Shown piece after piece: positions 12,121-25,944 of a stretch of 64,000 nucleotides of DNA. Each line of letters begins with the position of its first letter. Position 1 is the stretch's first letter. Both the position numbers and the translations under genes were made by a program. The notes beneath the pieces were generated by a model. The model had not been told where the DNA came from. It ran no database searches and was given only the letters and a program-made list of their open reading frames with translations. This DNA comes from Haliotis cracherodii (lineage: Eukaryota). Location of the stretch: contig NW_027266268.1 of the NCBI RefSeq assembly GCF_022045235.1, forward strand, positions 28,024,001 to 28,088,000. The letters are read 5' to 3'.

Positions 12121-13289
12121 TGGCTTTATTTAATGTTCTATAGTTTTTGTGTCATACGCTTTGCATTTCTTCTTATAGTTGACGCAGTTGATCCAGTTTT
12201 TTACGTCATCGTGGTTTGTATTATCTGTTTACACTTTATTTCCCCCTCTTACCCCCAGCTGTGTACGGTATTCATTACATTACCCATATTGTTTGCAAGA
12301 AAATGTAGAAATATCTGGGTTTCCTGATCTCAAGTGGAGGAATCAGCTGAGTCTATTGTTGGAACGACGTCACATAAACTCGTTTGTGACGTCACGAACA
12401 ACGGATGACTATTGGTCAGTTGTTCTTCAATTATTTGCGACAATTATATGACATACGTTGCTATGGGGCTGCTCGGAAACAATAAAAGACAATTGGGACA
12501 AACCAGTCAGTCAGTCAATACGAAGTAAAAATATAATAACCAGTCAGAATTCTTAGAAATAATTAGGGAAAATAATTAGGGAAGAATTACTGAACAGAAT
12601 TAGAATGTATTGTCACTTACAACACATCTGGCTAGGTCTTCAAATAGGCATTATGCCTTTAGGCTAATTCAGGTTTTCATACACGGAAATGCAATGTTGT
12701 TTAAATATTTACAACATCTGTAATTTACAGAACAATGTGTACAATGAATAAAGGAAACTTTTCCAAACAATTCATTTATGATGTTTACTTCTCAAAGGTT
12801 ATGGCGTTTTGTCTGTTTATCCATTGTCTTCGACAGAACGACAGTCACGTGCTGCACGTGCAAGTGAGGCTGCATTTACACATTTCCATACGCCTTCTGT
12901 TACGTTGGTCAGCGATGGTCATCTACACTGTTAACAGATTACGCCAACTATACTAAATAAACAACGGCAAACGTTCATTTTACATATAAATAAAAAAATA
13001 AAATCTGTCAAAAACTGCCGTTTAAAGAATTGATTACATCGAAAGTACAATGTCTGAAGGTAGGGAGGGTAATGAGCATCGGTCACGTGTGAGTCATGCC
13101 GCACGAGGGAGTTGAACGGCGGGTTATATTTGATAGTGATTCAGAAACACATGCTCAGGATAAAGTCGGAATCGTACAATCGACCCTGCTTTATGCAGAG
13201 ATTTCTATTGGATATGGAAAGGGTTTTGTCGCTTTATTTACAGTCTTCAGCAATGATACCGACGACCTTGAGCAACGATCCAGACCTGG

Positions 13290-13480
13290 CATCTTCGCCT
13301 CATTCGACACTTAACGTCGAAGAAAGTCCTGCAACATTGATTGGGGGGTTTGGAAAATGTCGCACACGTCGTTCCACGTAATCCCAGACATGTTCGAGTG
13401 GTGACAGATCAGGAGATCGTGCAGGCCATGGTAACACATTAACATTGTTCCGAGTCAGATGCTGCTGCGCAACTCTATAA
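13290..13480 (-). mobile_element. Tc1 transposase fragment
   Basis: Translates LPWPARSPDLSPLEHVWDYVERRVR. Confidence 0.75.
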
Positions 13481-14576
13481 TATGTTTTCTGTCGTAACCG
13501 TGTTGCAATGTCTCTCCCAGGCCTTTCTGATGCATAAACGGTAAAATGTCCAATTGCAGTATCTCACCCGGTATCTCAGAGCATTCAAACTCGTATGTCA
13601 CAACCGTTTTATCACTTTCTGTAGCCGTTATTCCACCCCCAGATCATAATGCCACCACCGGTCGCCTTCAAGAACATGTTTTAATCGTTTTAAGTTGTTT
13701 TACGTGTTGTCCATTTTGTATTGGCTTTTCTACAATGGTATTACTATTTGTGAAGACTTAACAAATACAGTTGGATATAGTTCCGAAAATGAACTATATC
13801 CTTATCCAAACTCCCATTGGAGAGGACCGCCTCCGTGGTCTGGTGGTACGATCCCCGGCCGCGTCAAACCAATTTCACCTCATCCACTGGAGACATCGTT
13901 TGTGTGAGATCAATCACTATATATCTCCAAGAATGTATCACTCTCCTGATCACCAACTGATCGATTGAGAGATGCATTAGCTTGAGCTCTAAATGTGCAA
14001 ATCTTACACAAGTAAGTTTACTTCAGACGAGCTTTACAAACTAACAGTTAATATATCAATTAATTTGGTTCTAAGAATAAGCATATTTTTGTAATTAAAT
14101 CTTAGTTATCCTTACGTTTGCTTTGTCGCATTATGTGTATAATATCATTGAGGTTTTTTTAAAAATTATCAAAAATACACTGAACTTTGATTACTCTTGA
14201 GCGGTACATAAAATTTGCTAATAATAATATATAATTAAAGGATTAAGAATGAGAAGTTTATAGTATGAACCTCCCTACAAAATCTATTTTTTTTCTATGA
14301 TTTTCTGCTTTAAAAGAAAACTTGTAACTTGTAACATTTACCTGTTGATAGTAAATACAAACAGCTTATGTTTAAAATATATCGTAATGTAATACCCTGT
14401 AATAAATACCTACATAAGATAAATATAACCCCTCAACTAAACATCGACCAGTGCTCGAGATTCACGTTCAGCAAACATGTTGCCACCTCAGACAAGATGA
14501 CGATATGGTCCATGTCAAAAACTGTAACAACGCACGTGTTGTTCGCAGGGTGATTCTCCAACTTTGTACACCGTTA

Positions 14577-14798
14577 GTCCCGTGAAGATCAGGGGTAGAA
14601 TAGGTCTTCAGCAACCCATGCTTGTCGTAAAAGGCGACTATGCTTGTTTTACGAGGCGACTAACGTGATCGGGTATCCCTATTGCATAAATCAATGTCAA
14701 TCACTGGATTGTCTGGTCCAGACTCGATTATTTATAGACCGCCGTCATATAGCTGGAAAATTGCTTACTGAGGCGTTAAACAACAAACAAACAAACAA
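14577..14798 (+). mobile_element. SINE-like family B
   Basis: TSD ttgtacac(c/t)gtta; complete head. Confidence 0.85.
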
Positions 14799-16377
14799 TT
14801 GTACACTGTTATAATGCAAACTTAAGAAAAACTTCATTTCTCGATCCATGCATGGGGCATTTGTCACACGTAGTGACCATAGATACTGTTACATCTCTGC
14901 CTTAAAAGGTTCAGAATAATTTGTCATAAATGAAAGGAAATGGTCAAATAGCCAATTCTCTTCCACTGGTCTACCCGCCTGAATAAGAAATAAAGGAGGA
15001 CAGTGACACCTCTCAACTGTTTCATATTTAGGTCTTTGCATAAACATTCTGCGTGACAAAAATCACCCTACTTTTAATTTTCCAATAGTCAACTTCCCAT
15101 TTATGTCGAGGGATATTTAATCAGGTTTTGTCTTTTAACTTACACTCGAGCATGCTCTTTCTACCCCGCCCATTTATAATGCACTAAATTCCACTCTATT
15201 GAATGCGCGTCCGCGTCCTCATTTAGCAGAGATTTCTAGTGATTATGGAAAGTTGTTTTTAACATGATATAAGATAAGGATTTGAAAGTCACTATATCAA
15301 AAACCTCTCAGGACACTGTGTGTTTACATCTTCTCTTACAGTTTTTAATGTTTTATTAACAAACTTGTTATATGAATAGGAAAAGGTTTGGGGCAAGATT
15401 GGTGAACATTGGTGATGGCTACTATTGCTTTTGCATGCAACCATTTTTCAGTCTTTTGAAACGTTTTTCAGACACAGAATATTTACAAATATACTTTGTA
15501 TTTGAAAATCAAAACTTAAAGAAAATCTAGTTAGGTGGTGTCTTTGTTAGCAACTGTAGACTACATATCCAGGTGAGCTGCAACGACATGTCACTATGTT
15601 CATAAAATATGTATTGTAGACAAAATAGATATCGATCTTTAGGGTTCAACATAATATCGGTCTTTCATTCGGAACACTCGATCAAGTTATATACGCGCGT
15701 GATAAGAGGCAGGTGTGTTAGGTAAACATGCCAAAATGTTTGCCCACTCTTTTCATTGAAATATTATATCACTTATTGATGAACTATTTCCTTTGGGAAA
15801 TTAACATGATTTCCAAGGACTATGTTCGTTTTGAAGTCCTCTTGACAAAGATTCTGATAAAAAACACAAAGTTGTTTAGGTGTGGTACATTTCTCTACGA
15901 CAATGAAAGTCAGTTATATATATAATATCAATTTGAACGGTGTATTTTTTAAATTTTGAGTTGTTTATTTGAACGCTATGTCAAAGGAATAACACGCATT
16001 AGGAACTCGGGGATACACTACTTGAGAAAAACAAACTATGCCCAGGAATTGTTTTCAAGATATACCATGATCAATGTTTTTATTCAGCTTCTATCTTAAA
16101 TTAAGGAGATAAACATTTTGTATTTTTAGATGTCAGGTAGTAAAACTGTATATTAGATACCTCTTTTTTTTAATTTCAACCGCGCGCTTTTGGTATATTT
16201 CCGTTCTATCATGACGACTTGAGCGCTTCAATAATGGTGCTCTCATGGAACGCGGATTTACACATGGGAAAATGGACCAACTATCTACGAATGTACCGAT
16301 CACAGGGTCACAGATATTGACAAACGCAAAAATACTCGATTTCAACATTAATTACTCATATTTTTTCTTAGTTCAAG

Positions 16378-16540
16378 GGGAGGTAGTGTAACCTAGCGTT
16401 CAAAGCCTTCGATCGTCACGCCGAAGACCCGGGTTCGATTCCCCACATCGGTACAATGTCTGAAGCCCATTTCCGCAGTGATATTGGTAGAGTATTACTA
16501 AAAGCGGCGTAAAACCATACTCACTCACTCACTCACTGAC
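16378..16540 (+). mobile_element. SINE family A
   Basis: Head, B box and (cact)n tail. Confidence 0.8.
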
Positions 16541-17485
16541 TGACTACTTCAAAATGATGGTTACAAAATACATACATTTGTAGCTTTTTAAAAAGAATCG
16601 ATTGAATATCCCTCCAAAGATAGTATACTTCACTCACTCACTCACTGACTACTTCAAAATAATGGTTATAAAAATACATACATTTTTAGCTTTTTAAAAA
16701 GAATCGATGAAATATCCCTCCAAAGACAGTATACTTCATTGGAACCTGTTGCATATTTTCACTGCTTCGATTCAACAAAGTAATTTCTTGGAAATCAATA
16801 TGATATCTTCCAGTGACAAAAGATGCTGAAATAATTTGTTCTCAAATAATCAAAGCGTTTCAGTTATTTTGAATTCGTAATAATGCAACAGTTGGTTTGA
16901 AATAATTCCCCAGTAACAGTAATACATCTTCAGAATGACCATTTCTCCAAACCTTCCACATGGCAGCCCATTGCTGCCAAAGTAGTTGTTCCTGGAGACG
17001 GTGCTATTGTGCTATTGTGCTATTGTGCTATTTAGCTATTGTATGAAGCAAGAGGGTAATCCCGATGTATAATTTCTTTTTAACTTTACCATTAACGTGA
17101 TGTTTTACTGGTGGAAATGTGTCTGCTGTCACAACCTGAACCATCCTGAAATATGTCTGAATACCTCCGTTTTTAGCTGCAGACGAGTCGGCTTTCTACA
17201 AAACGAGAGGATCTAAGAGACTGCACATTTTTATGACCGATGCTTGTGTGGCGCCCTGACACAGTAGGTAGTGATTGTATTACTTTCTGGTTTGTGTTCT
17301 GAAATTGAGTTCTCATTTTTATACAATTCTAATGAGATAGCGGCAGCCATTGATATATCGTTCGATGAGTATACTATCGACATATCGCTGTTTACACACA
17401 CACACAACGATTAAAATCTTTGTCAACACTGTTTCAATTTTGATGTTTTATTTATGAATGTTTAATGTAAGATCATTAACTACAC

Positions 17486-17705
17486 AACCCGAGAATATCC
17501 GGGGTAGAATAGGTCTTCAACAACTCATACTTGCTGTAAAAGATGACTATGTTTGTCGTAAGAGGCAACTAACGGGATCGGGTGGTTAGGCTCGCTGACT
17601 TGGTTGATACATGCCATTGAATATATCATGATACCAATCACCTGATTGGTCCAGATTTTTTACAGACCACCGTCATATAGCGGCGTTAAACAACAAACAA
17701 ACAAC
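17486..17705 (+). mobile_element. SINE-like family B (diverged)
   Basis: Head and (caaa)n tail. Confidence 0.8.
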
Positions 17706-17875
17706 ATTGATTACACCCTCATTTATGTACATCGCCATCCCAATGATCACACATAAGAAATCTCCACTAAAAGCAGATAGTCCATGATACGATTCCGACT
17801 ATATCATAAGCATGTGTTTATGTATCACTACTAAATAGTGATGATGCCAAATGGGTGGGCACATCCTGTCTTGGA

Positions 17876-18420
17876 AAGTGTCTCGTCCTATTTCACTCAT
17901 AATAAAGTGTCTCATAGTATTCCAGACATAATAAAGTGTCTCGTCCTATTTCACTCATAATAAAGTGTCTCATAGTATTCCAGACATAATAAAGTGTCTC
18001 GTCCTATTTCACTCATAATAAAGTGTCTCGTCCTATTTCAGGCATAATAAAGTGTATCGTCCTATTTCAGGCATAATAAAGTGTCTCGGCTATCGGCTAT
18101 TTTAGTCATAATAAAGTGTCTCGTCCTATTTCATTCATAATAAAGTGTCTCGTCCTATTTCAGGCATAATAAAGTGTATCGTCCTATTTCAGGCATAATA
18201 AAGTATCTCGTCCTATTTCAGTCGGAATAAAGTGCGTCGTCCTATTTCGGGCGTGATAGAATGCCTTATCATAGTTCACACAAGATAGAATGCCTTGCCA
18301 TATTTCATGCATGATACAGCGAATCGTTCTGTTTTAGGCACGATAACGTATCTCGCCCTGTTTGAGGCATGATAAAGTGCATCGTCACAATTCAAGCATG
18401 ATAAAGTACTGTCACGGGAT
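17876..18420. repeat. 29-bp minisatellite (tcgtcctatttcaggcataataaagtgtc), degenerating rightwards
   Basis: Tandem units. Confidence 0.9.
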
Positions 18421-18449
18421 AAGGTGTTCGTACAACACTTGTTTCACCT

Positions 18450-19065
18450 GTTTGGTCGACACAACTAATTTAGAAATAAAAGAGACCAGTGTGATCACCT
18501 CATCAGTTTCATATTTAGATCGATGCATAAAGATTCAGAGTGACAAAACACATGACTGTGTGACTGTATGACTTTCCATTCATATCGAGCAATATTCCAG
18601 CAGCTCCAGCCTTTGGTGTTTACATTTCACAACTTTTGAGATACAACCGATTGTGATACGACTCCTACTCAGAAGTTGTTTGATCAAAGTTACAACGTTC
18701 AAGGACTTAGTAAAGCTTTCAAAAAAGGTTTATGGTAGACATGCGGAACACCTTCCCAAATTTGACGCATCAGTGACAAAAATGATGTCCGATGCAATTC
18801 CCTATTTTGAACCATATGTTCCCGTGTTTTTTCAGTCCCTATTTTGAACCATATGTTCCCGTGTTTTTTCAGGTGAACAATTGACTTGCCGTTGCATGTG
18901 TTTGTGACGGGTGCCACCGATAGGGCATGATACGCTCGCTTTTTCGTGAACACCTGATTGATAGTGATTCATAAAGACATGCTCATGATATAGTCGGAAT
19001 CGTACTGTCGGCTTCAGGCAAAGATTTATATTGGATATGAAAAGGGTTTTGTCGCTTTCTTTACA
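18450..19065 (+). mobile_element. Penelope-like RT C-terminal fossil
   Basis: LEIKET..SSVSYLD and FPFISSNIPAAPAFGVYISQLLRY motifs. Confidence 0.7.
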
Positions 19066-19932
19066 TTTGGACCATCATAAATCGGGTACAGTCATTCATT
19101 GGTGAAACCACCCGACCTGCAGACATACGTCTTTAAGAACACAAGTCCTCCATCCACAATAAAGTCCTGAAAAAAGCCCTATCAGGACATATGATTAGTA
19201 ATCCCAACCACTCCATCTCCTGGCAACACACTAAATTCCTCTGTGCAAACATTCACAAATGGAGGAAGCGCATGCTCCAAGAAACAATCCATATCAGAGG
19301 AACCAAGAAATCTATTAATCGTGATCAAAGAGTTTTCCTCCAAAACGCACGGGACATGTAATCTACGTATCACCTCATTTTATCTATTGTATAAACACAT
19401 TACTGTGTACCCACTCTCCTATAACAAATGTCATGTCCATTAATGCCCTTACTATATATATATATATATGTATATATAATAAAGAAGTTATTCGTGTTTA
19501 CAACCAACTTCTTAATGCCAAAAGAAGACTCAGCATTACAATACCCACTATCGCAAGTACAATGAGCCGTTTAATCTTCAGTATGATAAAAGTGTAAAAA
19601 GTTACATAAAAAACAAGGAGTGGATCACGTGGATCTATAGCAGTCTATGAATCATATAACTATCAAATCAAAGTATTTGAATCAATATCTTTCTGAACCT
19701 GGTTCAATATGGTCACTAAGGGTAACGCAACGACAGCATATATGATAGCTGACAGAAAAAGACCCTCCTCAGTACCACGTTGATACCAACACAGGCTGTG
19801 CCACACCTTGAATGTAGGCGCTAGTGTTCACCCCGTTGATGCAAGCTCATTCACGCTACACTTTCATAGCCACCGTTGATTTGGTGCGGGGAGACATTTT
19901 TACCAATATTCAGTTGTTTCCCGAACTGAATC

Positions 19933-20190
19933 GAAGTGAGTGAATGTTCTTTTACACTACCATCAGAGCTATTCCAGCTAACCAGACAAACAACCTAGCG
20001 GTTAACAGCAGGGGTGACAGTTCCTGAACTTGTAGGTGTGATATCGCTTGGTGCTGAAGTGAGTGAATGTTCTTTTGCACTACCATCAGAGCTATTCCAG
20101 CTAACCAGAGCTCGCCCAAACAACCCAGCGTTAACAGCAGCGGTGACAATTCCTGAACTTGAAGGTGTGACGTCGCTCGGTGCTGAAGAG
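19933..20190. repeat. About 125-bp tandem duplication directly upstream of the lectin start
   Basis: gaagtgagtgaatgttctttt...ggtgct present twice. Confidence 0.85.
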
Positions 20191-20238
20191 AGCGGAAAGT
20201 ATTTCAATATATACATCCTGTGCCATTTCATCATTACC

Positions 20239-20473
20239 ATGGCAGGCGTTTTCCAACTTGTCAATGCTTTATCCAGTATGGTAGTTAATGACGTCACTCC
20301 GATTGCGATGACATCACAAGCAGAATGTGCATACAAGTGTTACTATGGCAACAGCTGTCTGTCGTTTTTCTACACTGCCGATAACAGATGCTTTCTGTTG
20401 GACGAGATAATGGAACTAGAGGACTCGCGTCTCACGGAGTTACCTAATACACGGTATTTCAAGGCCAATATAG
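20239..20473 (+). CDS. PAN/apple + C-type lectin gene, coding exon 1 (PAN domain)
   Basis: ECAYKCYYGNSCLSFFYTADNRCFL has the PAN C-x3-C-x5-C-xSF..C pattern; donor G|gtacat phase 1; true N-terminus uncertain. Confidence 0.8.
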
Positions 20474-20497
20474 GTACATATTTTTCAAATTAATAGT

Positions 20498-20648
20498 GGG
20501 GCGGTGGTTATAGCGTTCGCTCGTCACGCTGAAGGCCCGGGTTCGATTCCCCACATGGGTACAATGTGTAAAGCCCATTTCTGGTATCCCAAAAATGATA
20601 TTGCTGGAATATTGTTAAAAGCGGCATAAAACCATACTCACTCACTCA
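20498..20648 (+). mobile_element. SINE family A
   Basis: Family match. Confidence 0.8.
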
Positions 20649-20854
20649 TACTATCAGTATTTTTAAGGTGTAGTGTTTTGTAACAGGGGGTACGGTGACG
20701 TATATATCTGTAACTAGATCAGTTTTGAGAACGAGGTCATATCTTGAAAATGATGGAAAACTTTATAAATGTCAGATATGACATCAAAAGTGTCCGCTTG
20801 ACTGAGAATTATAAAACAAGGAGTGGCTTGCCTAGTGGTTCCTGTAACAATCCT

Positions 20855-21150
20855 AAACTGTCCTGGAGACAAGTATATCTCCTCCACCTTTTCTAATACA
20901 TGTCAATGTGCGTCTGTTTGTCAATATTACAGTCAACTATCCTGGAGACGCCGACTACAAGTATATCCCCTCCACCCTCTCTGCTACATGTCAATGTACG
21001 TCTGTGTATCTTTATTACAGTCAACTGTCCTGGAGACGCCGACTACAAGTATACCCCCTCCACCCTCTCTGCTACATGTCAATGTGCGTCTGTTTATTCA
21101 TATTACAGTCAACTGTCCTGGAGACGCCGACTACAAGTACATCCCCTCAA
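20855..21150 (+). repeat. 88-bp tandem repeat of the lectin intron1/exon2 junction
   Basis: ttacag|tcaact(g/a)tcctggagacgccgactacaag at 20933, 21021, 21109 plus a partial copy. Confidence 0.9.
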
Positions 21151-21291
21151 TTCCCCTCTGCTACAAGTTGTCTACTCAGAAGCTGTCTTGGAGTGGCGCT
21201 AAAGCTAGATGTGAATCAGATGGCGGTCGTCTGTTTCAAGCTGACACGTCACACAAGCTGGCGTGGACTTATCACAACAACAAGGTCATAG
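21109..21291 (+). CDS. PAN + C-type lectin gene, coding exon 2 (CTLD N-half)
   Basis: CPGDADYKYIPSIPLCYKLSTQKLSWSGAKARCESDGGRL; tacag acceptor, G|gtgagg donor, 183 nt phase 1/1. Confidence 0.9.
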   Translation, partial: STVLETPTTSTSPQFPSATSCLLRSCLGVALKLDVNQMAVVCFKLTRHTSWRGLITTTRS

Positions 21292-21449
21292 GTGAGGCTG
21301 TGATTGAATTCTTTTTATACAGTAATGGAGACTCCGATATTACTCAGTAATATCACGGCGGGGGACACCAACATAAATTGGCTTCACATACTGCACCCAA
21401 ATGGAGATTCGAACCCAGGCCTTCGGCGTAGCGAGCGAACACGATGATG

Positions 21450-24400
21450 GAAGTAAGCTAGGGCTAAACAACGAGAATATTAATGAGTTTTTTTGGAGGG
21501 CTGGGTAAAGAAGAAAATATATGTGCTCGTATGGATAAGGCCAGAGACTTAATGACAGTATTTATTTCAATGAGGGTTAAATACCGCTTCCTCCAGTTGG
21601 CTAATAGTCTATTAATGGTTTCTAGTCTTTTTCGTGTATTTATGACACAGATATCCTCAAGATGAGTATTTAGTGTGATACCTAAAACTTCGAAATGACC
21701 ACTGTGCCAATAAAGCTGGGAATCCAGACATAAGTCTTTTGCTACCTGCCATTGATCCTATCCAAATTACCTTTGTTTTATCTATGTTCATTTTGAGAAA
21801 ATGTATGAAAAACTGCTGACTGTCTGTCTATAGAGGCTAGTTCCGGGGTCCCATCTTGAGATAATTCAATGTCTTCTGCGTACTGGTTTAGCTTGTTGTC
21901 TTCTAATTTAAGCATATTCCTTTATTTTTTTTGCTATTTCTAATCTTATTTACATTTTTATCGTGTATGGGCCAAATCCGAATCTTATTAACACATTAAG
22001 ACTATTGTTTTTTGGATGTTGGATACTGTATCAGAAGCAGTTTCAAAGTCTATAAGCATTAGTATATCTTGTTAATTCTCTTAGTTTCTTAAATAATATC
22101 GTATAGGAGCCAAAGATTATCACTGGTGCTTCGGCCTGGATTGAATGCAGCCTGGTTATCCTATATTAATTTAGGTAAAGATAGTTTGAGTCTTTTGATA
22201 TTATCTTATACAACGAGTTTAATAAGGATATAGGGCGCAGATTTTTAACCAGTGTTCCGTCTTTATTACCTTTAGAAAAAGAAGAAATCACTCCTCCTCG
22301 TGTTGCTAATGTATCTTTATTGAACATTTATTTAATGTACATATAATCCATATATCTAAATCATTCCTAAAATAAATTCTTAAACATTTAAAAATTCTAT
22401 TGGAAATCCATCTAAGTGTCGATTCTTTTACAGTATTTTCGAATTTCTGATTTGAGTTTCCAAAAGATCTATTTGTTATCTTTTTTTCTTTCTTATCATA
22501 AAATGTTTCATTAAAAAGATTTCTAGCACAAGCGAATCACTAACTTTCAATTCTAAATTCGAATCATTTATAGTTTAGTATTTATCAGTATTTTTAGTAT
22601 ATTCCAATTTTGTATCCCTGAAAATTTCTTTCACTCGTTTTACAAAATCATCCTTCAATAATATAGAAGTATTGAACTTCAAATAGCTCCAACCTTTAGT
22701 CTTTTTTAGTGCATAAGAAACGTCTAGGGAAGTCATTGAATGATTGGATTTATATCCTGGCAAGATTAATTATTGTTGAGTAAGGTTAAATACATCTTTA
22801 GAGACCAGGACAAGTTTAATGTGGCTTGCTGTCTCGGAATTCTTTTCCACCCTCTGAATTGACTTTTTTCTTTATTACTTTCTCTCCAAACGTCAAGTAA
22901 ATCAAAATATTCCACGTATTCAAAAACCTTATTTCTTGCATGTGGGTTAATAATGTTACGGTAGTTTTCTAGGTCTACTGGAGGATTGATGACTAGATTC
23001 CAGTCGTCACAAATTAATATCGATTCGTTGTCGAATTCATCGATATTGTTTTTTCCTTTCTGATTCTTCAAATATGCATAAGATTAGGCGGTAGAAACTT
23101 GTGATAAGAACTAAAGTATATCTTTGCCATGTTCTTGATGACGTAGGAATAGATCTAGAGTGACTCATATTTACAAACACGTTTCCGTGGGAAAAATGCT
23201 AAATGTTGACAAAAAAGTTCGACTTTCGATATACAGTAATGCTGACATAAAGAATGAATATAGTTCTATCCACCGATAGGTGATACAAAAATATACACTA
23301 ACCGGAATAATGAAAACAGACCTCGAGGGAGCATTCATTTTGTATAGCCATACTTTGTTGCCGAGTTTTAGGCAAGAAAGCCGTTGTGATTTCCTCCAAG
23401 AAATGTCATATAATTTCATTCAATAGCAACTGTAAGTTATACATAGGACCTTATACACAACATTTTGTCCAGTGAATTTTTCGAACACAGATCCGAACAC
23501 GTTGGAGAGGAAACTTATCCTGTTAACTATAGCGACCTGTGTCTTTTTATTTGATCGTCTTAGTTAATTTTATCATTTCTTGGTACTCTCACCTCAGAGT
23601 AGCAATGGGGTCGTCGGTTTCGATGGTCTTCAAGGGTATTGCACTCTTTTTCTCTCCACTGGAGCACCACGTCTGTTCCCTTCTCGAATATTTTGGTTTG
23701 TACTTGGCGCTTTTCCCTCATTTCAAAGTCCTTCTAACTTTCTTCAGAGGTGTCGGAAAGGCTGTTCTTATCGTAACTTTACGCTTCCTGCCGTGTCAAA
23801 GACTGTCTGTCGGTCTTGCATTCTGACTAATTTCACGATTATTGGAATAGAATCTGCTTCAATTTCAGGGTTCGTGGTAAAGGTAGGCGATGAATGTTCA
23901 TTAGAGTTGGTTCGTCTTCGATTCCGGGATCTTGATTATCGCGCATTCCGTAGAAAAGTGTTCCTAAGATACACTTCGTGCATTTAGAAAGCCACTTTCC
24001 TTCTCTTTGCACTGTGAACAGGCAATTCGTTTCGGAGTCTTCCTATATGCCCGTTTCGTTACCATTTATTCTGTTTGAATTGTATTCCGCTTAGCGGACT
24101 CGTTGACTTGGTTGATGCATGTCATCGTATTCCAATTGCGTGGATCGATGCCCATGTTGTCAATCACTGGATTGTCTGGTCCAGACTCGATTACTTACCG
24201 ACCACCGTCATATAGCTGGAATGATGCTGAGTGCGGCGGTAAACAACAAACAAACAATCAAACAAACTTAGCGGAGGGGATCTTCCGATATGCTTGTGAT
24301 GACCTTTAATCGAGTTTATTGTGTTGGTGATTTTAGTGTTGTGTTCACTCAAAGATGTGGTTATACATGTTTTTAAGTCTGAAGCTGTAGTGTCAGTATC

Positions 24401-24636
24401 AATGGCGGCCGCCATGGTTGTCTGTCATTGTCAAGTATAAGTTTCTTTTTCTGCCGTATTTCTGTTTCTGTGCGTACTAAATTCTCCTGTTAGCGTGATT
24501 TGAGTTGTTGCTGTCCCCACTGTATCGTTTTAGTTCGGTTTCTTGTGCTTGTGGCCATTTTCAGTTAGGATTAATGTGGATTGTGAGAGAGCTCGATAAT
24601 TCGCCTGTTGCTCACATGCATACCGTACCGGAAGTC
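21450..24636 (-). mobile_element. Decayed L1/Tx1-type LINE in lectin intron 2
   Basis: Endonuclease motifs ILICDDWNLV, LLDVWR, PGYKSNHS, WSYLKFNTSIL; RT-region remnants; ORF1-like start near 24560; many stops. Confidence 0.8.
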
Positions 24637-24787
24637 AACTACATGTTCTTCTTAGTCAATATTATATTTTAACATTAAAGAATATTCAGTAAATATTGAT
24701 TGAAAAAAGGTTACAAATATCAAAAGTTTTTACAGAAATTAATTGTAACTGTAAACAATTCCCACTGTAACTATGGTGAATCCTACT

Positions 24788-25055
24788 GGTTTGATTGTTC
24801 CTTGTTTTACGCCGGAATCAGCAATGTTCCAGTTATATGACAGCGGTCTGTAAATAATCGAGTCTGGACCAGACAATCCAGTGATTGACATCATGAGCAT
24901 ATATCTACGCATTTGGAATACGATAACATGCATCAACCAAGCCATCGAGCTAGACCACCCGATCCCGTTAGTCTCCTCTTACGACAAGCATTGTCGCCTT
25001 TTACTGCAAAAATGGGTTGCTGAAGAACCTATTCTAACCCTGATCTTCACGGGTC
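24788..25055 (-). mobile_element. SINE-like family B, full length
   Basis: TSD ggt(g/a)aatcct. Confidence 0.85.
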
Positions 25056-25315
25056 GGGTAAATCCTGTACTTAGTTTGGACATATTTGCACACTTTAAAG
25101 TTTGAGTTATGTGCCACGTGAATATGATATTAGATTATAGGAATATAACTAAACTGAGGGCCAAAAGAAAGTATACCAAGAATAAATTGGTTCAATGGAG
25201 ACTTGGATAAGAAAAGAATTTGCAACCACATGACCCCTACCATCTAAATTTGTACCCTTTTAAGTAATGTTTAAATGTTTTTAATCAAAGTAATTTGTAA
25301 AAGTATAATTTGAGT

Positions 25316-25366
<51 letters not shown>

Positions 25367-25590
25367 ACAGTTTGACGGGATAAGACAGCTCGTAAGCCCC
25401 TTAAAGTCCTCAGACAAATTGTATCTCTCTCCCATTGCTCAGAGTAACCTTAGGCATAGGAGTTGTTGACATATATCAGATATAAGAGTAATGTTGGCAT
25501 CCTCAGATTTTTCCCCTTGTGTTTGTTCATCTTGGTTGAATATGTTTGTACATACAATGACGTGAGAGATTGTTGTTTCCATGGTTTCAG

Positions 25591-25811
25591 GCGGTGTGTG
25601 GCTGGGGGCGAGCGACACTGCCCGGGAGGGACAGTTCATGTGGACGGATGATACTGAGGTTGTAGACCCCATGTGGCGTGATGGCGAGCCGTCCAATTCC
25701 TTGGGCATGCAAGACTGCGTACTGATTGGTGATGACAGGCTGTGGGATGACGCCTGGTGCCAAGAAAGTCATTTCTTTTTGTGTGAACTCCAAACAATGT
25801 CATGCTTGTAG
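25591..25811 (+). CDS. PAN + C-type lectin gene, last exon (CTLD C-half); spliced product 212 aa
   Basis: VWLGASD..EGQFMW..WRDGEPSN..DCV..LWDDAWC..FLCE is a canonical CTLD; tttcag acceptor phase 1. Confidence 0.95.
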
Positions 25812-25944
25812 AGACTGTATGGACACCACATAGTGAAACACATTATACGCGTTTTACGAATGCATTATTTGATAAAGTATAAATAACACTAGAATTATCT
25901 GTGGAGGACAGACGGGCACAAGAACCAATAGTATGCCATTTCTG

